64,000 bases of DNA from positions 19,592,001-19,656,000 of the forward strand of contig CM120646.1 in assembly GCA_051362555.1 (NCBI GenBank), in the 5' to 3' direction. The notes beneath the pieces are model-generated. The model had not been told where the DNA came from. It did no database searches and saw only the letters and a list, made by a program, of their open reading frames with translations. This document shows, piece after piece, positions 25,507 through 38,469 of the stretch. Both the position numbers and the translations under genes were made by a program. Within the stretch, counting starts at the first letter, position 1; every line of letters begins with the position of its first letter. Origin of the DNA: Lingula anatina. Taxonomy: Eukaryota; Animalia; Brachiopoda.

Positions 25507-28500
25507 AATGTGTTAGGTACAATCACTGCCTCCTTGACACAGATAAATGGTTCAGGTGCATGTTATGTTTAGATTAGGTAGCCATGTCAAGGACATATCT
25601 CTGTTTATCTTTCCAAGAATGATATGATATTCAGATCAGTCTAGGTGCCTCTCTCACATTAATGCCAGGCTAATAAGTCGTCAGCCTCCTCGCAAATTGG
25701 AACAGTCCAATAAACTGCATGGCTAGATGTGACAGCCTAAGATATGCATTTTAACTTCTTATCCTAGCCTTGATTTAGTTTGGCATAAAATCAACATCTC
25801 TTCCCCTCCCCCCCCCCCTTTCAAACACATAATTACAGGATAACAGACACATCCTTAATGAGTTTCTTAGAAGTAAATTTGAAAGATTTTACTCAATGGA
25901 AAATCCAAATTTTTTTTAAAGATCCTGTTAATGCATGGAATATTTTGTTTGAGTTTGTTAAGGTAACAGGAGTGATTGGACCAGTTTAGCATAGAAAAGC
26001 TGTAAAAGTATGCCTTCGCTATGTGGATTGTTAGTGTTTTTGTCTTGATTAATAAACATGATTATATCAAGAAGTAGTAATAAGTGTTTGAGAAAATGAA
26101 CAATCCTCTTTCTGAAAGATATATTTTCACTTGCTTTTGCTGCATTCATAGTTCTAAGAAAAATTTTTCATCAATTATTGATAATTTTCCAAGAACCTGT
26201 CAACATAGGTCTCCTACAGATATTTCCCACCAGTTATTGAATGTTAATATTTAATAGTTTTCTAAGAACCTGTTAACAGGTAATCTCCAGTAATCATGGG
26301 GCACACCTCAGCAGTGATAAGACGCCTAACATACTCGTATCCCTCATATCCTAGGACCTCCTACCAGAAGGACGTCATTCTAGGTTTCCTTCGTAGAAAT
26401 TATCACCTTTTTTTCTCGCACATTGAAACCATTTAGTGCTTCCATAACAAAAGGTCCTCGCTCCTGTGGGATTTTGCAGAAAGGGTTCTGTATGTGCTTC
26501 ACTCTGAATTAAGTGGAAGGTTTTTGCCGTGCAGTATGTTTTACGTGAAGTTGAACAGCGCACCTACAGACCCTCAACCCCAGAGGGTATGGTCTAAGAA
26601 AAGAGGTATGGTTGACAGATGAGGCTTTTGTTGCGTACTACTTCTTGTATCTAGAGAAAATCATCAAAAGAGATAAAGCACCATAGCAGCAGGGCTGATC
26701 AAGTAGCTATGGTGCGAATAGCTGTGTGTGTTAGAATCAGAGTGCCATAGCCATGTTGCTGATCAAGTGTCTTTGGTGTGAAAAGTTTGATTATTGATTC
26801 ACCCTTCTAACTTAGCAAAGGTGTTTTATTCTGAAGATATATTAAATCTGATGTCTGTGAGTCACTGTGTCACATACATATTTAATTACTAGTAATTCAG
26901 TCAATTAAAAAAATGAAGTCCTATGTTCATTGATATGAAAAAAAAAACAGGTAGCAAAAATGAAACCAAAATAAAAATTAAAACCGAATTGTAAGTCAAA
27001 CCACAAATGTTCTGTACTGAACTAAGTATCAATACCCAAATCAAGTATTTACTTAAATACCCCCTTGTCTATATTGGAACATAAACCCACAGTTTCTCAT
27101 AATAAAACCAGGGTGGACTGCCTGATTAAGAACAAAAAGGCTGTCAGATTTTATAGGTAGGCATTCTAGTGCACACTTGTGACTTGAATAAATAGGCTTA
27201 TTGGGCACCCTTTGAGCTGGTGATAGTTTATCATGTCTGATAGGGCGGTGGTTACTACGGGGCAGCAGCTTGGTGGTAGTTCAATGCCCTAAGTGGACTG
27301 TTTAGGAGCCAAGGTACTTTAAGCAACAAAAATTTGGGAGAAATTTTGTAGGTGTTTTGATGTTAGAGCCTTGTCCCATTGAAGGCAGGACAATGGTGTG
27401 CTTGTTGTCTTGATTTATGATCGTTTAAGTTAGGGGAGTTTAGAGAGACATCTTACCTGTGGAATACTTCTTTATGATTACGACAGCTGGAACTTCAGTG
27501 AAAGTCATCCAGAAAATCAGTGTGTTTTCATCTTCTCATGCTCGAGCCTCGGAAAGTTGTTGCATTACTGTGATGAATAGATACAATCATTGCAAAGAGT
27601 AATATCTATTTGATGTGGACATTGCCTCAGGTGGTGCCATTTAAGTACACTAGGGAGGTGTGAAGTGGCAATATCTTGATGCTTTCTCCCAGCAGTAGGA
27701 AAACTAAATACAAAAGGTTATCAAAGGATATGTGTTTTGCCATAATTTTAAAGAAGCTTTCATCTACAGGTGCGACAAAACAGAAAAGGTGTGAAATTTG
27801 TCGATATTGAATAGCCAAATGACTTCGTGATTTCTGTGCATGGTGTTAATAGGAATATATGACTTTTTCACTGCAGTGCAATTTTTAATGAGAACTACCT
27901 ACTTGACGAACAGACATTCATGATTCATACCTTCTCCGACAGGGTACAAACTGTACCACATTGTTTGGAGAAAGCAGTCTCGAATACAGGTGATGTGGCA
28001 CATGTTGTGGCAAACTTAGTGCCATGCTGCAGTTTGAGGTGGTTCTATCCATCTGAGACAAAGTGTCAAGGCAAGCCAGTAATTGATGGAACACAGACAT
28101 TGGGCAAGTCTTCTAGTCACTACTTACTGCATAAGTCACAAGCCAGCTGGTGGAGTAGAGTCAGAGGTAGAATGATTAGAGGACAATCATTTCTTGTTTT
28201 GTCAGAGGGACTTTGCCAAAGTTAAGCAATATATGCTTACTCTGTAAGGGAAATTAAGTTTTTGAGCGTGCTTTCAATGAGCAGAAGGCTGTAGTCAGTG
28301 AGTGGCAAACAACTTGCAGAGACGGAGAGAGACAGAAGACTCCTGTATTTACAAAATAAAGGAAGATATGATCCTAAGTATTTGTCAGTTGTTGTTTGAT
28401 TTGTGGAGAGCATCCTTGATAATATCAAGATGAGGACACATATAGCTCTCCCCACTCTGTTTGCTGGGCCATTACTACAGGTGATAGTTATTTAATGTGG

Positions 28501-29394
28501 CCATAAAATAGTATGTGTCTCAAACTGGCTGTCCTTTGTTGAGGAATCCCTCTGGCTCTCTGTTAGCGTGGTAAAAAACACAGGTATTTCAGGATTATTT
28601 CAACGGTGACTGTAGGACACCAGTTCCAATGCTGAAAGGAATAAAGCGCGTGTAATCCGACTTTAAGCTGACTAGTAGTGAGAATTTGGAAAAGAAAGTG
28701 TCAATTTTGCAATGTTGCAATGTGATTGAAAATCATTATCATCATCATCATCATCAAAACAGGTGGCAAGGACTTCTCGTAAAAATAAGCCGTAAAAAAG
28801 AAGTGTAAACACAAGAGTTTACACAGCTTCTAGCAGCATACATGGGTTTTAAGATACATAGTGGATAAAAATTCCATCACAGATTCCATCACTATGCACT
28901 ACTTTCAGATATAATGATTATTTGAATACACAGGGACTGGATATTCCCAATGTGGGACAGGTACACATCATACCTTGCCGAGGCACGCTACGCACCAGTG
29001 ATTTTAGAGGACAGCTTACCAAGTTCTGTGATGTCTAGCCAACTGGGGGTTTTCTTCTTCCGTTGACATTTAAACATTGAATTAAGACGCATTGTAAGTT
29101 GTGCTCTCTGATATCCTTTATGTACCTTGAATGTGATACATAAAACTCGCACAAAAAGGATTTGATTTCTCACAGAGAAAAAGAATTAAATGTGGATTTA
29201 AAAACATGCAATGTTTAGTCAAGGTATTTGATATTTAGCATTAGCTGAAGGAATAATTATAAAAGAGCTAACATGTTGAAAAACTCATGCCAAATCAGCA
29301 GAAGACGACACTTCAAACGAGCAAGAAGGGTTGATAGTTTTATGATGAATGCAAAAGAACTTGGATGTAAGTGATTGTATGGGAAAAATCCACC

Positions 29395-29530
29395 ATGCCA
29401 GGACTTCAACGTGACAGATCCAGGGCTATAAGGAGGCCGCGGAGGAGTAGCGCTGGGGCCATCGTGCCTCTAAATAATGGTAACACCACAAGCCAGGGTA
29501 AAGATGAAGGTGATAGCAAAGAACAAACAG
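29395..29530 (+). CDS. Candidate alternative first exon of the RhoGEF (PDZ-truncated isoform)
   Basis: caccATG context with an upstream in-frame stop; MPGLQRDRSRAIRRPRRSSAGAIVPLNNGNTTSQGKDEGDSKEQT; CAG|gtaatg donor; phase 1 matches exon 38128. Confidence 0.5.
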
Positions 29531-31686
29531 GTAATGAACAACTGAAGTGAGAAAAAAAGCAAAAAAAAAAAATTGTTGGCATTGCTTGATTTTTATGTAT
29601 GTGTGATATATGTAGTTATTCAGCCCTGTGGAGAAAATGAAGATTTTTGCGCCTGTTTTCGAGTGCTAACTTGTTTTGTGGATGGGGTGGGAGCACTGTT
29701 GATTGTTTTTTTGCCCTCGGGTTTATAAATTAAGTACAATGATATGAAGTTAAACAAAAACTACAACTTATCAGCAACTGCGATTTGACAGCAGTAACCT
29801 CCCCTTGTTTGAACAGTAATTTGTTATCTGTTTGGTTTAAATCATCAAAACAAATTTGCATTGTTTCATGATTTCATTGAGGATTTTTATCATATAGGAA
29901 TTGTTTTGGGTCATAGAATTACAGGGAGTTGGAGGAAGAACATTTTTTTATTAAACAAGTCTCATATATATTATGCAATCATGATTTATATTTTTTTCCC
30001 AAGAGATTTGGAGGATAAAAATTAACTCTTTTAAAACCTTGGTTTATCAGTTAATCTAGATAGATTATTTTAATTGATAAATTAATGTTGATTTTTACAT
30101 ATTTATTTGTCTTTCTGTCTATTGAAGACATTTTTAAATGTTCATTTTGCTGTGGTTATATGAACAACATTGTAAATCAACTTGAAGGATTTGTTCTGCT
30201 GCAGGACCATACTAATTTAACGCCAGGAAACCCTAAACATCTTCTCTCGTCTCTGAAAAGGATGACGAAAGCATTTCTCCTGCCAACACTTATTGCAGTC
30301 TTTCCATGCCAAAGTTGTGAAGGGAAAAATCTTAACCCTAGGTTCTGCTGTTTGTTGTATAGGTACTTATTTGTAGATCACAGCTAACAGAATGAATTTT
30401 TGTTACTCATGATTATCTTAAGGCAGGTTTACATTGATTGGTATCCAGGAGCAATTGTTACTAACCTGGTGCGCATTAGATTAAACATACATCAAAGCTA
30501 TTTTTTAACTTTGAATAAATATAATCTCTCTGTTTGGGGTAATGTAGTCAACTTATTCTCAAGGTAAAAAGGTCTGTCTTTGTTTGCCACTCAGGGTAAT
30601 AAGCCTTGTTTTTAGTCAAATTTTGAGCAAAAAAAAAACTTTATCTGCTTTTCTTTCTTGATTTATGTAGAATTCTTCTCATCCTTTATAACTCACAGGT
30701 AAAATTAATTCAGTTCTGTAAGAATTTCTCAGAAATATCTTAGCTCAAGTTGACAATACATATTCAAGGCCCATATTTAAGAGTAGTGTAGAGGTCCTTC
30801 GTGGTGAAGAATCCAAATTTGCGTAGATACTTCAATGATAATGCTTTGTCCCAGCTTTAAGTGTTGTAAAACGGCCAAGAATGATCTATAAAAAATATCA
30901 TCCACATTTATCCTGAGCATTGGTGAGTCAAAGTTTCTACAGGCTCCCTCTCCCCTGATGGCTATATATGTTGGAAAGGTCATGGGCTATTAGGTATACA
31001 GGTTCTAACCCGAGTGTGCATGTGGCTGATTATACATGTCCTGGGGCCTGTTTCATCGAATTATTTTTAAAGGTATAGACCAAAATTACTTAGACTAAAG
31101 TTAAATTGGTATTGGTCCCACTGAGTGAAATATTGCCCCCAGTTTATGCATCAAGAAAGAAATAAATGGTTCTTATTCAATTAATAGTTACTCTTTGTAC
31201 TTAAAATAATTCATTTTTATCCAGAATTGAAATAAATCAGAACTTTGGCCTCAGGTTTAAGTTCTGGTGTTCTGGCCCTGTGATTGATAAAGGTACAGAT
31301 ACATGACTATGAATACATGTCTGTATGCTGTATAGACAACAGGAGCAGATGGTGGGATTATAGATGGTCCCTGCTATGTATTTCTCTTGCTGAGCCACAA
31401 AACTGAGATGGGGCAGTAGAGGAGAAGGTCTGATGAGTGGTTTCATATTTATTGTTTTTAAATCATAGGAGTGTATTTCTTGTCGTCTGTATTTGGTGCT
31501 AACACAAAGTTTATAGAGGATTTCTGCCTCATACATGATTTTCCATGATACAATACACATACTTTTATATGGAAAAGTAAAAAATATATATAAAGAAGTA
31601 TAAATTCATATTTTGATTATATATTTAAATATTACATACATGTATCTTTCTTCATACTTTTTAAACCAGACTGAAAATGTGCGTAG

Positions 31687-31688
<2 letters not shown>

Positions 31689-31722
<34 letters not shown>
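31689..31722. repeat. (AAT)n microsatellite
   Basis: Directly visible. Confidence 0.9.
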
Positions 31723-32184
31723 GTAAAACATTCTGGACTATTGTGCCACTTGAAAGAGTGCGTTTTCTAGACGTATATATAGGGAGATATATTAGGGCAG
31801 AGATTTATAAGTTCTAAAATTATATTCATAAAATGACATTCTTCAGTTGCCAAACACGGCCATTATCATGATTTATTTCAAAACAAACTGAAATAGGTAT
31901 GGGATATTCTGGAAGAATAGCAGTGATGTATTTAAAGATAAACAAATACATAAATAAACTAAAATCAACCCAAGTTGTATGGTAAGGCATGCATACTTGC
32001 CACTCTGTAAGCCCAGTTGGTGAGGCCTCCCATTTTCCAGCCTCGTCTACATACCTCTACATACACAGGAGTGCACTGCATCGCGGCAGTTCTCAGAGAG
32101 GCACACATACGCCACATACAGGATTATATACACTGCACAGGGAACAGTCAATGTAGCCACAGGAGAAGGCAGAGCAAATTCAAG

Positions 32185-32338
32185 ATGGCAGACAAGCCTC
32201 CCTCGGCCCCGGCGCCCAATAAGTGGGAGCCTTCAGGGTGGAGGAGGCGATTAAATCGCAGGGAGAGGTCCATGAGACGTCCCACGTTCCCCCTCCCCAG
32301 CAACAGGGCTGGTGTAGCGGGACATTTATCAGACCCAG
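32185..32338 (+). CDS. Candidate alternative first exon of the RhoGEF (PDZ-truncated isoform)
   Basis: caagATGG context in a GC/CpG-rich patch; MADKPPSAPAPNKWEPSGWRRRLNRRERSMRRPTFPLPSNRAGVAGHLSDP; CAG|gtgagg donor; phase 1 matches exon 38128. Confidence 0.65.
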
Positions 32339-34152
32339 GTGAGGAAGGGGGAGTTGGGGGGGGGGGGGTAGCTGGCTGTAAACATTGATATTGTTCACTT
32401 GGTTCTACATTGGAATTCATAAGAAGGTTTGGGTGTGGTAGATGACATAGAGAAGCATTAGCTAAATATAACAATTCAGGAAAATTGAAATATGTATGTA
32501 GGTGTGGTTTTGGTAGATTAAAATATTGTTAGGTGTATGTAACAATATTAAAAAGGGTTGATGAAAAAATGTAGTAATAAAATTAAAAAAATAATAAACA
32601 CTTATTGAATAGACATAGAATCATATGAGTATGAATAGGAATGTATGTCATTTTTGGCAGAAAATTGTGTACATTTAGAATCAGGAAAGAAATCCCCTCT
32701 AACAACAGGTCATACATGGGGGTCCTGCCCCACAAAGTTACTATGTAAAGTGCGGACCAAATTGATGTTTTGTCTTTTTTGACCCAAGATCAATTAGAAG
32801 TAGTAAAACAGAATAAAATATTGTGATTATTTTATAACAGGAAAGATGTGTCTTTTGCCTCACACCAGTGGTTAGTATACTACTGGACTGCAAGTACCTC
32901 CTTAACTGAAAAAGACTGAACATTTCCTCCTCAACCTCAGACCAATTTTCTGTCTAGAATTTGTTTGTTTCTGTTCTGGAGCAGATGATCTGGCTGTGTC
33001 AGTGGGAGGGAGGAGGTATTTATCTGTTGGTGATCACCAGATCACAGGATGTGATGTCAGAACACAGCAGAACACAAACATCCAGGACCCATGCTGCTCA
33101 GATTACCATGGTTGATAATTAATACCTGTTAATCAGGGTGGGCAAGGGGTGTTCTGGGGGGATTGGGGGGGGGGAGGGAGGGGTAATACAGGTTGGATAG
33201 CCCTAGGCAACCCTCCCACCCCCACCCCACCTCCATAGCTGTTATTTGGTGGAAGGTGAGGATGAGACAGAAAATGTTCATTTATATCTATTATACTGGC
33301 TGGGGGAAGGGGGTGAATATTGCATTTAATATTGGTAATGCTATGTAATATTGTTTGGGTAATTAGAAATGTATCCACCTGCTGTGTCATTTGGGTACTG
33401 AAAACTAGTTACAAAGCTTCCCACTCAGTCTCAGTTATTTTTAAGTCAGGAGGATTTATTGTGGCTGTAACTGTGAAAGCATTAGCAAGGGGGAAAGGTG
33501 GGATATTTATGTGTTTACACATAGGCCACAGGAGATACCAACAGTGATAGGCATTCACCTGAAAATTATTACAATCATTTTAAAGGATCCACCAAAAAGA
33601 GAGCCCTTTATGTTGGAATGAATCATATTCGCATTCACAGTGCTCGAGGCCAATTTGCACACAAACTCTACAAAAAGTATTGTAATTGTAGTGAATCATT
33701 TTGGGTATTAAAACTATTTAATGTGTTTCTGTAACTCAGTGGCAAGCAGTAGGAAAAGTGCAGGCCCAGTGTTTTGAAGTGATGGGTGTTCCTTGAAAAT
33801 GTTACAATTTTGTCGTGAAATATGGTCTGTTGATCCACTTGAAATTAGACATGTCAAAGTACGAAGACTTACCATGAGGGGAAACTGCTATTTAAATGGC
33901 TTATGATATCAGAGATAGCTAAATGATTGAAAAATAAATCATCTTTGACTGAAAACACCTATGATATGGTGGTCAAACCTGCCTGAGATAAAACATTTTA
34001 AGATTATTATGTGGTGGTATCTATGCTGTGCAAGAGTGGGTCCTTGATTAAATACTGATTCTAACTTCTATGCATTTGTAATGGTAACCACTATGACAAT
34101 ATTCAATGGCTGTGTGTAGAGACCCTGTAAATGGAAGTGTTTGTCTATTAAA

Positions 34153-34255
34153 ATGTTGTTGTTGTTGTTCTTCTTCTTCTTCTTCTTCTTCTTCTTCTTC
34201 TTGTTATCCCAGTGGTAGCTATGTTTTAAAGACACAGTCATTAACTTTTACCATT

Positions 34256-34326
<71 letters not shown>

Positions 34327-34329
34327 TTT
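34153..34329. repeat. (TGT)n-(TTC)n and (TTTA)n microsatellites
   Basis: Directly visible. Confidence 0.9.
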
Positions 34330-35372
34330 CACAAGTTTATTGACCACTAGGAGCACATTTAGTTACATTTACGGGCTCTCTATTCTACATGAATTTCTAA
34401 AGTTCTCATATCATCCCAGGTCTATTTAATGTACTGTTTCCTCCCCTGGTATTTACATGGTACAGCCCCTATATCTGTTATGATCACGAGAGAGGTAATG
34501 TGAGCTAATGAGCGATATTAAACCAGCAGGAGTCAAGGGGGGAGATATATGCCTCAAGTCCAGAGGAGAGAAAAGTTCAGGAATTCCTGGAGTAAATAAG
34601 GTACAGGGATCCACCTTCACAGCTAGAGCTATGATCTAACACAAAGTGGATCATCATTTTCTAGTTATTGAATATAATCTCTACACATTTTTAGAAGACT
34701 ACATAGACATACATAACTTACTTGAAATGAAATTTAGGTTTTATGTTTTCAGTTGGTGACCCTTGTTTTCTATTTTATGCTGTATGCGCATCAGAGTTAT
34801 TTATTAAAAATGTTATTGAATTACAATAAACATAAGTAACTGTATTGCATATAATTGTTTCCTTTCAAAATCAACAAAGGCGCATGAAAAAGAATTTATT
34901 CAAGACCTATCCTGTGACATTTGCTCAACAGATTTTAGGTACGGTAATAAATTTCTTACGTAAAGACCTTTTAGCTAGCAATTTATGGGGCCAAATTTTG
35001 GGAGTACTCTTATAAAAGCACTTACAAACACATTTATCATATTAGTTAATATTATTACCATTATACTTACAGTAGTTCATACTATTTTGTAATCACGATT
35101 TTGTGTAGAACATTAAAGAGGCATCATTTAATTTATGAAAGTACTTGTTTTAGAAAAAATAAGGTAGAAAGATGTTTCACTGTTCAGATGTATGCCATTG
35201 AAAATTTTTCTGTTAATGGGGCATTATGAAGTAGATGCAAAATAATTTTTAAGCAAAAGATTCATTACTAGAAAAGGTTTTTGGTCTGATATTTATGCTT
35301 TGACTTTTAGATATGAGTATGCCTTGTAAAGAAAGCACGTCATTCCTTTCACCTGACTCAAACTTGATATCA

Positions 35373-35674
35373 GGGGCCAGTTCTACAAAAATAAAAGAAA
35401 AATTACACTGAATGTTGGTTTTATATGTAGACGAAAATTTTGGTCTACTTTTTGATTACATCATAAATGTGCAGTATTCCATATAAATACAATAAGTGTC
35501 AGTCTAAAACAACTGTTTCTTGTATTTATATATATATGTATGAACATATATAGCAGGCACTGTATTTTAATTAGACTAGTACTGATTATCCTGGGTCAGG
35601 AATAAACTAAGATTATTTAGTCTAAAGGTTTAGACCAGCTTTTGGACTAAATATATTTTTTTGAAACCGTCCCC
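35373..35674. mobile_element. MITE family B copy (ends GGGGCCAGTTCTACAAAA ... TTTTTGAAACCGTCCCC)
   Basis: Imperfect terminal inverted repeats; shares the ggtttcacaaa and tttagaccaa motifs with copies at about 31043, 44365 and 48481. Confidence 0.55.
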
Positions 35675-37048
35675 CCTTGCCAAACAAATCTGCTCTGCTA
35701 TGGTGCCCTTTATGGTCCCTGTAATGTCTCGATGTATTGATATTTCACCAAGGAACCATATTATTCTCCTTAGAAATGCTTCTTTGCCTTGATGGATGAG
35801 TGTGGCGAGAATATTACGGTGCTTTCCAGGCTCCAGTTGGTGGCTCCAGTTGGTATTATCTTGGTCGTTGTCTGTGCTGGTGTTCCACAGAGCTTATCTG
35901 CAGCTCTCTAGCCTGCATCTGTTGTCTACGATCATTTTCTCCAGTTGTTGTTTTCAGTTAACTGTCTTGTATACTCTTCATTTACATTTACTTAAACAAA
36001 TAGGGCATTTTTGTGGGCAATATTAAATAAATGTGTTATTAACACATTAAACTGAATAATATAATTTTTCCTTTCCATTTGGCTTCTTTGTGTAACTGTT
36101 TGTTTCACTTTTCAAATGTCAGGTCACAGTCTTCAGTAGTAAAATTGTTCTGGTGTCAAATAAAAAAAAAAATCAAAGTGTAGAAATTATATCATGAATA
36201 TTAGAAATAGGGTGTGCTGGCAACTGCAGTAGGTTTACCTGACAGTGTGAAATAATTTGTCCAACAAGAGTTGACATTTGCATGACACTAGCTGGCTTTA
36301 ATTTATCGGAATGCCTGAATAAAAAAAGGTTTAAGAGCTTGTTTTAAAGAGTAGTTCGTATCAGGTTTCTTTACTTTCTGCTTTATCTCCTCCACTAGGC
36401 TTTTATTCAGCTTTTATAAACCCAGCTTCAACAATCCTTAAACTTATTAGGGAGTTAATAAATTAAGTAAAGAAAAAGCTCATGAATAGAAAAGATGGGA
36501 AGAATATCGATGGGCATGAAGAAATGCTGCAAAATTGGAATGAAAATGTATGCGCGAATCAATTTTCTCCTAATCCAGACTAAGAACCAAAATATTTGCT
36601 GGTCTTTTTCATCTAGTTTGTGGTTAGATTTTGTTGACATAAACCATGATAATAAACAGAGAACAAGGCTCAGAGGTAGGCGGGGTCTGCTTACTACGCC
36701 CCAGTTTAGAGATGTACACAAGTGAATGGGAGGCTGACTTGAGGCTATGGTTGACTCACATGTACCAATACTGCCTGGTGAAAGTGGATATCAGCTTGAG
36801 ATGGTGTAAAATATCAGGATGTATGACACAAAGAAGTGAAATTTCTTATTTATAGATAAAAAAATCACTGCTTAAATGTATTTGGCATTGGTGAAGTGGG
36901 ACATATATTATAGTACTATTTGACAAAGGAGAATTGGGACATTGTAGAATCTGACATACAAGAAGTGGAACATCTATTGTAGTATTGTAAACAGATTGTC
37001 AGTAGTGTCTTGAAGTTGGTTTCACATTCATCATGCCACTTTCTTCAG

Positions 37049-37075
37049 GACAACGAGACAAGGAAGGCAATAAAG
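37049..37075 (+). CDS. Candidate 27-nt microexon (or short first exon from ATG 37033) of the RhoGEF
   Basis: ctttcttcag|GA CAA CGA GAC AAG GAA GGC AAT AAA G|gtattc; phase 1/1, frame preserving. Confidence 0.3.
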
Positions 37076-38127
37076 GTATTCAGTAAGATCTGAGATGAAC
37101 AGAGAGAGATGATTTTCTTGTGCTTGGTACAGGAATCAGATGTACTTTTATAATATGTTACATTCTTGTACAGTACATACACCTGTTCAGAGGCAGTTTT
37201 CTTATATAAAAAATAATAATAGCTGTTATATTAATAATAATAATTTACAGTTATCAACTTTGGCAAAGATCAGGATTTTTTTAGACATCAGAAAGGAATA
37301 TCAATCAAGAGACATGGACATTTTATAATGATAATTATTAATTGAATTATGTGTAATTTCATAATAATCAAATAACTTGATAGTGTTTTCACTGAGTCCT
37401 GCCTACACTGCCGTATTATACCCAATTTCCTTAACTTATATCGTGTGGGTTGGATCTAAAAGAATATCTAGCAGGCATGTGCACCTTGATAACACATGAT
37501 GAGCTATACTATATGTCAGACATGTACTCCTTATGATAAGTCAGGTGCAGAAGATGGGTCCCTAGTTATCGGGATATTTTTGGGGGCACATTTATCATAA
37601 ACATGCACGCTTTGATATTTTCTGTGAATTTGTTTTTAAATGTAAAGGTCCTTCACCTCTTGCTTCAGAATGGATGAATTTTGTTTTAAGGTACAGGTCA
37701 AGTTTAAATGATTAAACAAGACAGTATAATTCTTATATTGAAGAGCCTGCATTTAATATATATCCATGCTTATTCAAATCATTTTGATGTATAATTTAAA
37801 AATGCCTGCTGCCTCTCTTCCTTAAACACTAATCCATATTGAATTTTTTTCACCTTAGGTCATCTAAGTTCAAAGGCTCGAAATAACTGTCAAAGTTGCA
37901 AATATTTTTTTACTCTAGAGTGATGGATGGTGTGGAAATGTGGACCCAGGTGTGTCTTTTCCCCTGGTTTTCATGGTCAAGGATTACAAAGATTTCAGCA
38001 TCAGTGAAGGGCCACAGATTATCTTTTTTATAAATATTTTTCATTAAAAAACTGCACCAGAACTTGTACTGGCAGACAATATTTTGCACTTTTGAAATCT
38101 AAAATCCTCTCTTTTCTTTCTTTCCAG

Positions 38128-38282
38128 CCAGTTCCTATGTAGCATTGACACTATTAGGCCGACCCCCGGGCCAGACCAACAAACCCCTAGACCCCCCCAC
38201 CCCCAGCCTCCGGAGCGGGTCCATGACAGAGAAGCCAGGGACACCTGAGAGGGTTCATGTGACTGGGCCACAGCCTGTAGAT
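38128..38282 (+). CDS. ARHGEF11: RhoGEF exon 6 (PDZ end plus linker)
   Basis: Long polypyrimidine acceptor; ASSYVALTLLGRPPG...VTGPQPVD (family motifs YVALTLLG and xTGPxP); phase 1->0; gtgagt donor. Confidence 0.95.
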
Positions 38283-38386
38283 GTGAGTATATGGCCAGAT
38301 TGTTTCTTCTAGTAGAGATGGCAGTTTTGTCTGTATTTTGTAGATTACATTTTATACTTTCATTGGACTCAATACAATCAGTGGTC

Positions 38387-38469
38387 AAGAATGAATTACC
38401 CAGAATGTTCAACCAAAATGGCAAAAAAATAAGCCCATTTTGGTTGAACATTCTTGGTAATACATTCTT
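38387..38469. repeat. Near-perfect hairpin (35-bp arms, 33/35 match, 13-nt loop)
   Basis: Left arm aagaatgaattacccagaatgttcaaccaaaatgg versus reverse complement of 38435-38469, aagaatgtattaccaagaatgttcaaccaaaatgg. Confidence 0.9.

Noticed and set aside
27920-27989. Another phase-1 first-exon candidate (MIHTFSDRVQTVPHCLEKAVSNT)
   Set aside because: Weak donor (CAG|gtgatg) and no other support; plausible by chance.
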